Below are positions 48,863 to 57,771 of a stretch of DNA of 64,000 nucleotides, one piece after another (positions within the stretch are counted from its first letter, which is position 1; each line of letters starts with the position of its first letter). The notes beneath the pieces are model-generated. The model saw nothing but the letters and a program-made list of their open reading frames with translations. It made no database searches and had not been told where the DNA came from. Source of the DNA: an uncultured Actinomycetota bacterium (GTDB lineage: Bacteria; Actinomycetota; Actinomycetes; JAHEKZ01). The stretch is taken from positions 288,001 through 352,000 of the forward strand of contig CAVQYR010000001.1 in the NCBI GenBank assembly GCA_963718235.1, in the 5' to 3' direction. The translations under genes were made by a program, and so were the position numbers.

Positions 48863-50230
48863 GTGGTGACCCGAGGCCAGTTCGCTGCCGCCAGGAAGGC
48901 CCTGGGCGAGCAGTACGCGGCCCTGCCGGTCGGCTCCCCGGTGCGGCTGGCCAAGACGACGTCCAACCTGTTCCGCGTGCGACGCGACGTCGCTACTGCC
49001 GGACTCGACGTGTCGGCGTTCGACGGGGTGATCGACGTCGACGTGTCGAAGAGGACTGCCGACGTGCTGGCCATGACCACCTACGAGCACCTGGTCGACG
49101 CCACGCTGCCGTTCGGCCTCATGCCGAAGGTGGTGCCTGAGCTCAAGACGATCACACTCGGCGGGGCAGTGACCGGCCTGGGCATCGAGTCGTCGTCCTT
49201 TCGCAACGGCTGCCCTCACGAGTCGGTGGTCGAGCTCGAGGTGCTCACGGGCGACGGTCGGTGCCTGACCGCCACGGCGGACGGCGAGTACGCCGACCTC
49301 TTCCACGGGTTCCCGAACTCCTACGGAACGCTGGGCTACGCCCTGCGTCTGGTGATCGAGCTCGAGCCCGTGCGGCCGTACGTCGAGCTGACCCACACCA
49401 GGTTCGGCAGGGCGGAGGCGTACTTCGAGGCGGTCGCGGAGGTCGTGGCCGACCAAGCCTGGCGCGGTCAGCACGTCGACTTCGTCGACGGCACCGTCTT
49501 CGGTACCGACGAGATGTACCTCACCACCGGCCGCTTCGTCGACGAGGCGCCGTACGTCTCCGACTACACCGGGCGCGGCATCTACTACCGCTCGCTGCGT
49601 CTTCGGACCCGCGACTACCTGACGATCCGCGACTACCTGTGGCGCTGGGACACCGACTGGTTCTGGTGCTCGCGGGCGCTGGGCGTGCAGCACCCGCTGG
49701 TCCGGCCGTGGGTCCCGCAGCGTCTGCTCAGGTCGGACTCGTACTTCAAGGTGGTCGCGTTCGAGCGCCGGCACCAGGTGGTGGCTGGCGTGCAGCGGCG
49801 CCTGGGGCGTCCTCGCCGCGAGCTGGTCGTGCAGGACGTTCAGGTGCCGGTCGACCGGGCGGCGGAGTTTCTCGACGTCTTCCACCGCGAGGTCGGGATC
49901 TCGCCCGTCTGGATGTGCCCGCTCCGGCCGCGCGGCGGAGCGCAGGCCTGGTCGCTGTACCCGCTGGATCCTTCGACCACGTACGTGAACTTCGGGTTCT
50001 GGTCGTCGGTGCCCCTGACCGCCGGCCAACCGGACGACGCCCACAACCGCCTGGTCGAGCGACTGGTCAGCGACCTGGGGGGCCGCAAGTCGCTGTACTC
50101 GACGTCGTCGTACGACCGCGACGAGTTCTGGTCCCTCTACAGCGGAGCCGAGTACGAGGTGCTCAAGAAGGCCTACGATCCTGACGGTCGGCTCCTGGAC
50201 CTCTTCGACAAGTGCGTGCTCGGGCGCTGA
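48863..50230 (+). CDS. FAD-binding oxidoreductase (Rv3719/TmsA/BfaA-like)
   Basis: LAKTTSNLFR, ITLGGAVTGLGIESSSF, WRWDTDWFWCSR. Confidence 0.85.
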   Translation: MVTRGQFAAARKALGEQYAALPVGSPVRLAKTTSNLFRVRRDVATAGLDVSAFDGVIDVDVSKRTADVLAMTTYEHLVDATLPFGLMPKVVPELKTITLGGAVTGLGIESSSFRNGCPHESVVELEVLTGDGRCLTATADGEYADLFHGFPNSYGTLGYALRLVIELEPVRPYVELTHTRFGRAEAYFEAVAEVVADQAWRGQHVDFVDGTVFGTDEMYLTTGRFVDEAPYVSDYTGRGIYYRSLRLRTRDYLTIRDYLWRWDTDWFWCSRALGVQHPLVRPWVPQRLLRSDSYFKVVAFERRHQVVAGVQRRLGRPRRELVVQDVQVPVDRAAEFLDVFHREVGISPVWMCPLRPRGGAQAWSLYPLDPSTTYVNFGFWSSVPLTAGQPDDAHNRLVERLVSDLGGRKSLYSTSSYDRDEFWSLYSGAEYEVLKKAYDPDGRLLDLFDKCVLGR

Positions 50231-50251
50231 CCGGTGTGGGAGAGCGGTGAC

Positions 50252-51538
50252 ATGAGACCAACGATGACGCTGGCCGAGATGTTCGTCCGCGTGGCCGGGC
50301 TGCCCGAGGGCGTGCGCTTCGAGGGGTACGACGGCAGCTCCTCGGGACCGTCGGACGCCAAGGCGACGCTGATGGTGCGTCGTCCCGAGGCGCTGGAGTA
50401 CATCATCCGGGCCCCGACCGACCTCGGGCTGGCCCGGGCGTACGTGACCGGTGCGCTCGAGGTCGAAGGCGACCTGCACCACCTGATCGCGGCACTTCTC
50501 CCGAGCCGGGCGCAAGGTGTTCGGTGGCGCGAGCTGGCCGCCCTGGTGCCCGCGTTCCGCCAGCTGCTGCCTTTGACGCTCGCCCGGCCGCCCGTTCCGG
50601 AGACTGAGGCACCGCCGCGCTGGCGTCGGGGTCTGGTCCGGCACTCGAAGGGACGCGACGCGGAGGCGATCTCCCACCACTACGACGTGTCCAACACGTT
50701 CTACGAGATGGTGCTCGGTCCGTCGATGACCTACACCTGCGCCGTGTACCCGACCGCCGGGGTGTCGTTGGAGGAGGCGCAGTACGCGAAGTACGAGCTG
50801 GTGGCGCGCAAGCTCGACCTGCAACCGGGCATGCGACTCCTCGACGTGGGCTGCGGCTGGGGCGGCATGGTCATGCACGCAGCGATGCACCATGACGTAC
50901 GGGCGATCGGCGTCACGCTGTCGCGCCAGCAGGCGGAGTGGGCCGCCAAGGCGATCGCCGACCGCGGGCTGTCGGACCGGGCCGAGGTCCGGTTCATGGA
51001 CTACCGCGACCTGCAGGAGTCGTCGTTCGACGCGATCAGCTCGATCGGGCTGACCGAGCACATCGGGCAGGACAACCTGCAGCCGTACTTCCACGGACTG
51101 CTCGAACGGCTGCGCCCGCAGGGGCGCCTGCTCAACCACTGCATCACCCGGTCGGTCCCGGGGCGTCCGGCCCGAGCGAAGGCGTTCATCGACCGCTACG
51201 TCTTCCCCGACGGTGAGCTGGAGTCACCGGGCTACATCATGGAGGCGATGAACGGCGCCGGGTTCGAGATCCGGCACTCGGAGAACCTGCGCGAGCACTA
51301 CGCGATGACCCTGCGCGACTGGGGGGTCAACCTGGAGCAGCGGTGGGATGAGGCGGTGGCGGAGGTCGGGCTGGAGCGCGCGCGGGTGTGGCGGCTGTAC
51401 ATGGCGGCGTCGAGAGCCGGTTTCGACACCAACCAGATCCAGCTGCACCAGGTGCTCGGGGTGAGGCCCAGCCGGTCCGGCCGTTCCCGTGGCCCGGTGA
51501 ACAGCGGATTCCCCCTGCGCCCCACCTGGCTCTCCTGA
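50252..51538 (+). CDS. Cfa-family SAM-dependent fatty acyl methyltransferase (Rv3720/TmsB/BfaB-like)
   Basis: HHYDVSN.FY, MTYTCA, LLDVGCGWG, FIDRYVFPDGEL. Confidence 0.88.
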   Translation: MRPTMTLAEMFVRVAGLPEGVRFEGYDGSSSGPSDAKATLMVRRPEALEYIIRAPTDLGLARAYVTGALEVEGDLHHLIAALLPSRAQGVRWRELAALVPAFRQLLPLTLARPPVPETEAPPRWRRGLVRHSKGRDAEAISHHYDVSNTFYEMVLGPSMTYTCAVYPTAGVSLEEAQYAKYELVARKLDLQPGMRLLDVGCGWGGMVMHAAMHHDVRAIGVTLSRQQAEWAAKAIADRGLSDRAEVRFMDYRDLQESSFDAISSIGLTEHIGQDNLQPYFHGLLERLRPQGRLLNHCITRSVPGRPARAKAFIDRYVFPDGELESPGYIMEAMNGAGFEIRHSENLREHYAMTLRDWGVNLEQRWDEAVAEVGLERARVWRLYMAASRAGFDTNQIQLHQVLGVRPSRSGRSRGPVNSGFPLRPTWLS

Positions 51539-51561
51539 CCCCTGACCCCTGACCCCTGACC
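51534..51561 (+). repeat. 7-bp tandem repeat (CCTGACC x4)
   Basis: First unit contains the stop of the methyltransferase gene; lies next to the hairpin element. Confidence 0.9.
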
Positions 51562-51567
51562 CCCTAC

Positions 51568-52722
51568 CCAAGTTGATCTTGGACTTGATGTGCCATCTCA
51601 ACCTGTTTGGCCGACATCTTCTGCATGATCAACGCGAGCCAGGACGACGCCGGCGTCCACCTGGCTCTTGGGTGAACGAGAAGTCCGGGTGGCCGGTCCA
51701 GCCCCGGGCGCGTAGCGCGGCGGCCACCGGCTGGACCACCGTCTGCGGCGATCGGAGCATGTGCTGCTCGAGGTGGACCACCAGGAAACCGGCCTCCTGC
51801 AACCGGTTGCGCCGGTCCAGGTCGTCGGCGTACTGGTCGGCGTCTCGGTGGTAGCGCCCCTCGTACTCAACGGCTATCCGGTACTCCCGGATGCAGAGGT
51901 CGACCCGGGCGACGAACCGCCCGCCCGGGTCGGTGATGACCACGTTGGGCTCGGCGGCCGGCAGCCCGGACAGGTGGAGCCACACCCGCACAATGCTCTC
52001 CGGCGGCGACTCGGCGCGGGCGTCGAGCAGCTGCGCCGCCCGGCGCGCCGTGAGAATGCCCCGACGGCGGGTGCCCCTGCCCACGATTGACTCGATGTCC
52101 GGCTGCGTGGCCTGCCCGCTGCGCAGCGCCGCGTCGCCGAAGGCCACCAGCTGCTCCAGGCGCAGAGTCGGCGCCAGGTCCATGAACGCGCGGGCGGCCG
52201 AGACGACCGGCACGCCGTCCACCTGGGTGACGTGTTCCGGTGGAAGCCAGCACCCGTGGGAGGTCACCTGCTGACGCCGGGTCACGGTGGCTTCGCGCGG
52301 TACGGCGACGTGCAGCGGCTCCCGCTCACTGACGAAGACCGGCAGGCTCAGCAGTCGGGCACCGGTGCTCAGGCAGAACGCCGACCCGCTGGGCAGCACC
52401 TGGGTGAGCGCCTGGCAGCGGGTGAGCAGGGTGTCCTCGGTGTCGGCGGGCAGGTAGACGTCGCGGCTGAGCCGGCGGAACCGTCGTCCGCGCAGCTGGC
52501 TGGCCGTGACCCCTGGGGGGAGGTCGCTGGCTCGAAGGATGGAGGTTGAGGTCATGCCGCACCCTGAGGCTCCTGGCCGCGGCGCACGGCTGCCCGCCTG
52601 AGCGCTGTGGACGACGGAGCCGTTCACCGGCTCGCAGTCACCCCGCCCCCGCCAAAGTTGATCAAGCAGAAGATGAGGGCCAAACACGTTGAGGTGGCAC
52701 ATCAAGTCCAAGATCAACTTGG
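51568..52722. mobile_element. Putative hairpin-bounded element carrying an AbiEi-like/DUF559 nuclease gene
   Basis: 66-bp inverted repeats 51568-51633 and 52657-52722 (61/66 identical) enclosing one gene. Confidence 0.6.
51629..52555 (-). CDS. AbiEi-like N-terminal region + DUF559/Vsr-like PD-(D/E)XK endonuclease
   Basis: RRLSRDVY, VDGVPVVSAARAFMDL, AESPPES..R, VDL..IAVEYEG.YH, D..RRNRLQ.AG. Confidence 0.85.
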   Translation of the reverse strand: MTSTSILRASDLPPGVTASQLRGRRFRRLSRDVYLPADTEDTLLTRCQALTQVLPSGSAFCLSTGARLLSLPVFVSEREPLHVAVPREATVTRRQQVTSHGCWLPPEHVTQVDGVPVVSAARAFMDLAPTLRLEQLVAFGDAALRSGQATQPDIESIVGRGTRRRGILTARRAAQLLDARAESPPESIVRVWLHLSGLPAAEPNVVITDPGGRFVARVDLCIREYRIAVEYEGRYHRDADQYADDLDRRNRLQEAGFLVVHLEQHMLRSPQTVVQPVAAALRARGWTGHPDFSFTQEPGGRRRRPGSR

Positions 52723-52742
52723 ACGCTGGGGGTGGAGGTGGG

Positions 52743-53744
52743 TCAGATCCAGCGCTTGCGGCGGAAGACGACGTACAGGGTGCCGCTCATACCCACCCAG
52801 ACCAGCGTGCTGGTGAAGAAGCCGGCCGGTTGCAGGAACCCGGGGTAGGGCACGTTCTGCCCGTAGAACCCGGTCACCGCCGTGGGGACGGCGATGATGG
52901 CCGCCCAACCGGTGAGCTTCTTCATCACCGTGTTCAGGGTGTGGTCGGCCATCGCCAGGCGGGTCTCGTAGATCGTGGTCAGCAGGTCGCGCAGGCCCTC
53001 GATCGAGTCGTTGACCCGCAGGACGTGGTCGTACACGTCCTGGTAGTACGGCATCAGCCCGGGCTGGACCGGCGTCGGGTCGTCCTCCTCGCGCCGCATC
53101 AGTCCGCTCACGAGCTCGCGCATGGGCTGGGCGACCCGGCGCAGCCGCACGAGCGACTTGCGCGTGGCGAAGCCACGACGTTGGAGGTCACGGGGGTCGT
53201 CGTCGACCGAGGCCGGGCCGTCGAAGAGGAGGTCCTCCATGCGGTCGACGTCGTCGCCCAGGGCGTCGACGGTGTCCAGGTGGGAGTCGACGACCAGGTC
53301 GAGCACGGCGTACAGCAGCGCCGGGCTTCCGTACTTCAGAAGCTCCGGGTGTTCGCTCCACCGCTCAGCCAGCTCTCGGTGAGTGAAGCCGTGGGCCCGG
53401 TTCACCGCCACGACCCAACGGCTGGAGACGAATACGCCGATGTCGGCCAGCCGGAGAGCCCCGGCCTCGTCCAGCGAGGTCCGGTACAGGTAGAGGAAGG
53501 AGTAGCCGGGGTAGCGGTCGAGCTTGCTGCGCTGGCCCATCTCTACCGCGGGCGGCGCGGGTTTCACTGCGTCGTCGACGGAGTGGTGGTGCAGGCCGAG
53601 CGGCTCGGCCAGTCCGGAAAGCTCTCGAGGCTCGACCTCGAACCACACGCACGTTCCCGGCTCGTGAAGGGCCTGGAGCCCCACGTTGAGCGAGGCGGAC
53701 TCAGTGCTCAGTGCTCCGTCGCGCAGGATCCGGACCGTGGCCAC
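52743..53744 (-). CDS. corA: CorA family Mg/Co transporter
   Basis: QRSKLDRY, YQDVYDH, MKKLT, TGFYGQNV. Confidence 0.9.
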   Translation of the reverse strand: MATVRILRDGALSTESASLNVGLQALHEPGTCVWFEVEPRELSGLAEPLGLHHHSVDDAVKPAPPAVEMGQRSKLDRYPGYSFLYLYRTSLDEAGALRLADIGVFVSSRWVVAVNRAHGFTHRELAERWSEHPELLKYGSPALLYAVLDLVVDSHLDTVDALGDDVDRMEDLLFDGPASVDDDPRDLQRRGFATRKSLVRLRRVAQPMRELVSGLMRREEDDPTPVQPGLMPYYQDVYDHVLRVNDSIEGLRDLLTTIYETRLAMADHTLNTVMKKLTGWAAIIAVPTAVTGFYGQNVPYPGFLQPAGFFTSTLVWVGMSGTLYVVFRRKRWI

Positions 53745-53867
53745 GCCCCTACCGTAGAGCCCCTCACGGCCGCAGGGGCCTGCGTCGCGGCGGGGCATCG
53801 TCACCCGAAACCTCGGTGGTCTCCTGGCGGCCGTATAGTTTCGTTGCCGCTCGAACCAGGGTGCGTT

Positions 53868-53958
53868 GGAGGCGTCGCCTAGCCCGGTTTATGGCGCCCG
53901 CCTGCTAAGCGGGTTGGGGACTCAAAGCCCCTCGCGGGTTCAAATCCCGCCGCCTCCG
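53868..53958 (+). tRNA. tRNA-Ser(GCU)
   Basis: GGAGGCG/CGCCTCC acceptor, CCCGC-CTGCTAA-GCGGG, long variable arm; TATAGT -10 at 53834. Confidence 0.95.
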
Positions 53959-54053
53959 CTGGTCAGCCCGTCCCGGTCGTCGTGATCGGGGCGGGCTGTT
54001 CCGCCTTGTTGGCGGGCAGGTTGCGGGTGACGAGCTGCACTCGGGGGGCGATC

Positions 54054-54761
54054 ATGGTTGACCCGGCTGCCACGTTGGCCGTTGCCCTACTGCGTTCGGC
54101 CGACTGCGAGGCAGCAACCGGCGGTTGGCTCAGCCAGCCAGCCAATGCGGTGTCGAGCCTCGCCTACGTCGTGGCCGGGCTGTGGGTCCTGTACTGGGCG
54201 CGCCGTCGTGACGATGTCGACGTGCGTCAAGCTGTCGGCTACGGCCTCGCTGTGTTCCTGACCGGACTCGGGAGTGCCGACTACCACGGCACTCGCTCAC
54301 CCGCATCGTCCTTCCTGCACGACTGGGGGATTTCGTCGACCTTGTTGTTCATCGTGGTGTTCGACTTGTCGCTGCTGCTCGGGTGGGAGCGTGCCAAGCA
54401 GTGGGCCGCCTTCCTCGCCGCGGTTGCGACGACCGGCGTGGTGCTCATGGTGGCGCCGACGATGGGCGCAGCACTCACCGGAGCGGGTGCGCTTGCGGTG
54501 GTCGTCGCCGAGGGCGGACTCCTCGTCACTGGACGACGGTCGTGGTGGCGTCCGGGAGGCTCCCCCGAGGCGGCGGCGTACTCGATGGCGGCGACGGCCC
54601 TGCTGGTGAGTGTGGTCGTCTACCTGGCGAGTCGCGCCAACGGCGTCCTGTGCGACCCGGACTCGTTGCTCCAAGGGCACGCGGCCTGGCATGTTCTGAC
54701 GGCGCTGGCGCTCGGAGGCTGGGCTCGGGCCTCACTCCCCGGGGCCGGGCCGCGGCACTGA
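54054..54761 (+). CDS. Ceramidase-like (CREST superfamily) membrane hydrolase
   Basis: DCE..QPANAVSSLAY, GLGSADYHG, QGHAAWH. Confidence 0.75.
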   Translation: MVDPAATLAVALLRSADCEAATGGWLSQPANAVSSLAYVVAGLWVLYWARRRDDVDVRQAVGYGLAVFLTGLGSADYHGTRSPASSFLHDWGISSTLLFIVVFDLSLLLGWERAKQWAAFLAAVATTGVVLMVAPTMGAALTGAGALAVVVAEGGLLVTGRRSWWRPGGSPEAAAYSMAATALLVSVVVYLASRANGVLCDPDSLLQGHAAWHVLTALALGGWARASLPGAGPRH

Positions 54762-54964
54762 GCGCCCGGCGCCTGGCCACAGGGACGTCGGGTCACGCGC
54801 GCCTGGGCGGCAGCCCATTCCTGGAAAAGGGCATGGCTGCTCAGCAGTACTCGCTCCCTGCCGACCGCCTTGCCGGCCCAGGAGCTCCAAGACAGACGAC
54901 CCGGTGGTCGCGAGACACCGTTGGAGTAGCGTGCCGTGCCGTCGAGCGGTGGAGGAAGTCGCGT

Positions 54965-55915
54965 ATGCGGTTGGACAACCTGCGCCGGCGGTCCGGAGGC
55001 GTGGGCGACCGTCGCGGACAGCCAGGTCGGTCGTCCCGCCCCTCTACGGGAGGCTTCCCGGGCGGTGGCCAGGGTGGTCGAGGTGGGCTCGGTGGTCTGC
55101 CGATTCCCGTGGGCCGAGGCGGGTTCGGCGTCGTGGCCCTGTTGATCGTGGTCGTGGCGTTCCTCGTGCTGACCCAGTGCCTGGGCGGCTCAGGCCTGAT
55201 CCCGAACCCCGGCGCGATCGATGGGTTCCCCGGTGTCAGTGGCAGCGGCGGCGGGACCGAGGTCGACCCGAGCGACCCCACGGGCGCATTCGTGGACGCC
55301 GTTGCCGACGACGTCCAGATCACGTGGGACGACGTGTTTCGGCGCGCGGGCCAGCAGTACCGTCCGACCGAAGTTGTGCTGTTCCGCGGTCGGACGCCGA
55401 CCGGTTGTGGGCTGGGATCGGCCGACACTGGCCCGTTCTACTGTCCCGCCGACAGCACGGTGTACCTGGACACGTCGTTCTTCGCCCTGTTGGACAAGCG
55501 TTTCGGAGCGGCTGGAGACTTCGCCCAGGCCTACGTGCTGGCCCACGAGATCGGCCACCACGTGCAGAATCTGCTGGGAATCAACGGCCAGGTGCAGGAG
55601 GCCAGTCAGCAGAACCCGTCACAGGCCAACGACTTGTCGATCCGGATGGAGCTGCAGGCCGACTGCCTGGCCGGCGTCTGGGCGCACTCCGCCGACGAGC
55701 GAGGCGTGCTGGAGGCCGGTGACCTGGAGGAGGGGCTCCAAGCGGCAGCCGCTGTGGGAGACGACCGGATCCAGGCTTCGGTGACCGGGCGGATCGATCC
55801 GGAGTCGTGGACTCATGGTTCGGCCGAACAGCGGGTGCGGTGGCTGCGGCGAGGGTTCGACTCCGGCACGATCGAGTCGTGCGACACGTTCTCGGTTGCG
55901 AGCAACGAGCTGTGA
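54965..55915 (+). CDS. Neutral zinc metallopeptidase (YpfJ-like)
   Basis: GPFYCPAD, AHEIGHHVQ, ELQADC, THGS. Confidence 0.9.
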   Translation: MRLDNLRRRSGGVGDRRGQPGRSSRPSTGGFPGGGQGGRGGLGGLPIPVGRGGFGVVALLIVVVAFLVLTQCLGGSGLIPNPGAIDGFPGVSGSGGGTEVDPSDPTGAFVDAVADDVQITWDDVFRRAGQQYRPTEVVLFRGRTPTGCGLGSADTGPFYCPADSTVYLDTSFFALLDKRFGAAGDFAQAYVLAHEIGHHVQNLLGINGQVQEASQQNPSQANDLSIRMELQADCLAGVWAHSADERGVLEAGDLEEGLQAAAAVGDDRIQASVTGRIDPESWTHGSAEQRVRWLRRGFDSGTIESCDTFSVASNEL

Positions 55916-55949
55916 CGAGGACGTCCAGGTGCGAGGACAGGAGAACGCC

Positions 55950-56576
55950 ATGACCGACCCCGTCGTCACCGTGCGAGGTGAGGCCGTCGTCGCCGGGCGT
56001 CCGGACGAGGGTATCTGGACCGTCGAGGTCACCCGACAGGACAGCGGTGCTTCGTCGGCGCTCGCGGAGGTTGCCACGCGCAGCCAGGCTCTGGAGTCGC
56101 TGTTCGACGAGCTCGGCATTACGTCGGCGAAGAGGTCGACGAGCGGAGTGACTGTCCACGAGGAGTTCGACTACGTCGATGGCAAGCAGGCACACCGTGG
56201 CTTCCGGGCGACGAACTCCGTCGTGGTCCGGGTCGCAGACTCGTCGGTCGCTGCGACCCTGGTCGAACAGGCAGTGACCCGGGCAGGAGCGAGCGTGCAG
56301 GGACCGACCTGGTTCGTGGCCGCGGACAACCCGGCCCGACTCGACGCATGTCGTCTGGCTGCCGCGGAAGCGAAGCAGAAGGCCGAGGCGTACGCGGCTG
56401 CACTCGGGCTTCGCCTTGGTGCGGTGTCCGAGATCCGGGAGGCACAGGAGGGCACGGGCGTGCTGCCGCGCACGGGGATGCTCAGGGCCGCCTCGATGGA
56501 GGCCTCGGTTCCGGTCGACTCTGGTGACCTGAGCATCGTGGCGCGAGTCGACGTGACCTTCCGCCTCGCGGACTGA
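55950..56576 (+). CDS. SIMPL domain (DUF541) protein
   Basis: VTVRGEA...PD, A..KAEAYAAALGLRLG.V, V.VTF. Confidence 0.85.
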   Translation: MTDPVVTVRGEAVVAGRPDEGIWTVEVTRQDSGASSALAEVATRSQALESLFDELGITSAKRSTSGVTVHEEFDYVDGKQAHRGFRATNSVVVRVADSSVAATLVEQAVTRAGASVQGPTWFVAADNPARLDACRLAAAEAKQKAEAYAAALGLRLGAVSEIREAQEGTGVLPRTGMLRAASMEASVPVDSGDLSIVARVDVTFRLAD

Positions 56577-56583
56577 GCCGACG

Positions 56584-56952
56584 ATGAGCAGAACGCGCCG
56601 GAGCTCCGCGAAGCACATCCGAGCGGTGGCTCTGGGCTTTCCCGAGTCGACTGAGCAGGTGACGTGGGACGTGCACCCGACCTTCCGGGTTCGCAACAAG
56701 ATGTTCGTCATCCTCAGCGAGGACGGGGCGACGGCCACAGTCAAGGCGACGCTCGAAGAGCAGCGGGCGCTGGTCCACCGATCCCCGGACACCTACGCCG
56801 TGGCGTCCTACGTCGGACGTTTCGGCTGGGTGTCGGTGACCCTCGAGGCGGCCGATCAAGCCGAGGTCGCCGAGCTGGTCGAGGATGCGTGGCGGTCGGT
56901 CGCCCCGAAGCGCCTGGTCACGGCTTGGGAGCAGCGAACGGCACCAGGCTGA
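56584..56952 (+). CDS. MmcQ/YjbR family protein
   Basis: PTFRVRNKMF, YVGRFGWV, LVEDAWRSVAPKR. Confidence 0.88.
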   Translation: MSRTRRSSAKHIRAVALGFPESTEQVTWDVHPTFRVRNKMFVILSEDGATATVKATLEEQRALVHRSPDTYAVASYVGRFGWVSVTLEAADQAEVAELVEDAWRSVAPKRLVTAWEQRTAPG

Positions 56953-57021
56953 GTGGTCCACCCGGGGATTTCCGCTGCACTCGGGCCTGCCGGTAGACTC
57001 CCGACCCGGCCGCAAGGCCAT

Positions 57022-57094
57022 GCGCCCGTAGCTCAACGGATAGAGCATCTGACTACGGATCAGAAGGTTGGGAGTTCGAGTCTCTCCGGGCGCG
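57022..57094 (+). tRNA. tRNA-Arg(ACG)
   Basis: GCGCCCG/CGGGCGC acceptor, TCTGA-CTACGGA-TCAGA anticodon arm, GTTCGAGTC T-loop. Confidence 0.96.
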
Positions 57095-57111
57095 CAACGT
57101 TCGCCCAGGTC

Positions 57112-57717
57112 TCATTCCGACGTTCGTCCCACCAGCAGGGCGATCGCGGCAATCAGTCGGGTAGCCACGATGTCCGGGTCCGCGCGTCGAGTCGAAATGG
57201 CGAGCTCCATGCCATCGACTAGGGACAGGATGGCTTCGAGAAGCTCTTCTCGGCTCAGCGCAGACTGAAACGTGCCTTGCGCAAGACCGCGATCGAGCAA
57301 GCCCTCGATGAGTTGAGCCCAAGCCTTGTTGACCTCGTCGACGATCTGTTGGAGCGTCGCCACCCGCACAGCCGTCGCGGACAGCTCGATCCATGAAGCA
57401 GCGTCGTTGTCCTCGGTTGCTCCGAGGAATCGGAAGACTGCGACCAACCCCTCCCACGGGTCAACGGCTTCCGCGGAAAGGGCCGCCGCCGCATCGAGGG
57501 CATCGATCGTCTGCAGGCGGTACGCGTCGAAGACGAGAGCGTCGCGTGATCCGAAGTAGTGCTGCAGCGTGCCGATGGAGACTCTCGCAGCTTCCGCCAC
57601 GTCGACGAGCCGTACGGATTCGGCGCCCTTGCTTGCGATGGCGGTTCGTGCGGAACGAAGGATCTGCTCGCGCCGCGCAAGCATCGCTTCAGAGGGTGGT
57701 CGTTCGCTGGTCCTCAC
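57112..57717 (-). CDS. TetR family regulator (BetI-like)
   Basis: RREQIL..A..VRLVDVAEAARVSIGTLQHYFGSRDAL HTH. Confidence 0.9.
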   Translation of the reverse strand: MRTSERPPSEAMLARREQILRSARTAIASKGAESVRLVDVAEAARVSIGTLQHYFGSRDALVFDAYRLQTIDALDAAAALSAEAVDPWEGLVAVFRFLGATEDNDAASWIELSATAVRVATLQQIVDEVNKAWAQLIEGLLDRGLAQGTFQSALSREELLEAILSLVDGMELAISTRRADPDIVATRLIAAIALLVGRTSE

Positions 57718-57771
57718 GATGCTCCAGAGTAGGCCAATCGATGGTCGGGCCGAGGACGGCGGCAACCCGCT

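Noticed and set aside
51629-52555. Type IV toxin-antitoxin (AbiE) pair or a classical IS
   Set aside because: No adjacent AbiEii nucleotidyltransferase toxin, no DDE/HUH/recombinase motifs and no evident target-site duplication
52556-52717. N-terminal extension MILDLMCHLN of the DUF559 ORF
   Set aside because: It is the translated hairpin element (the same peptide appears at 51573+); ATG 52555 is the more plausible start
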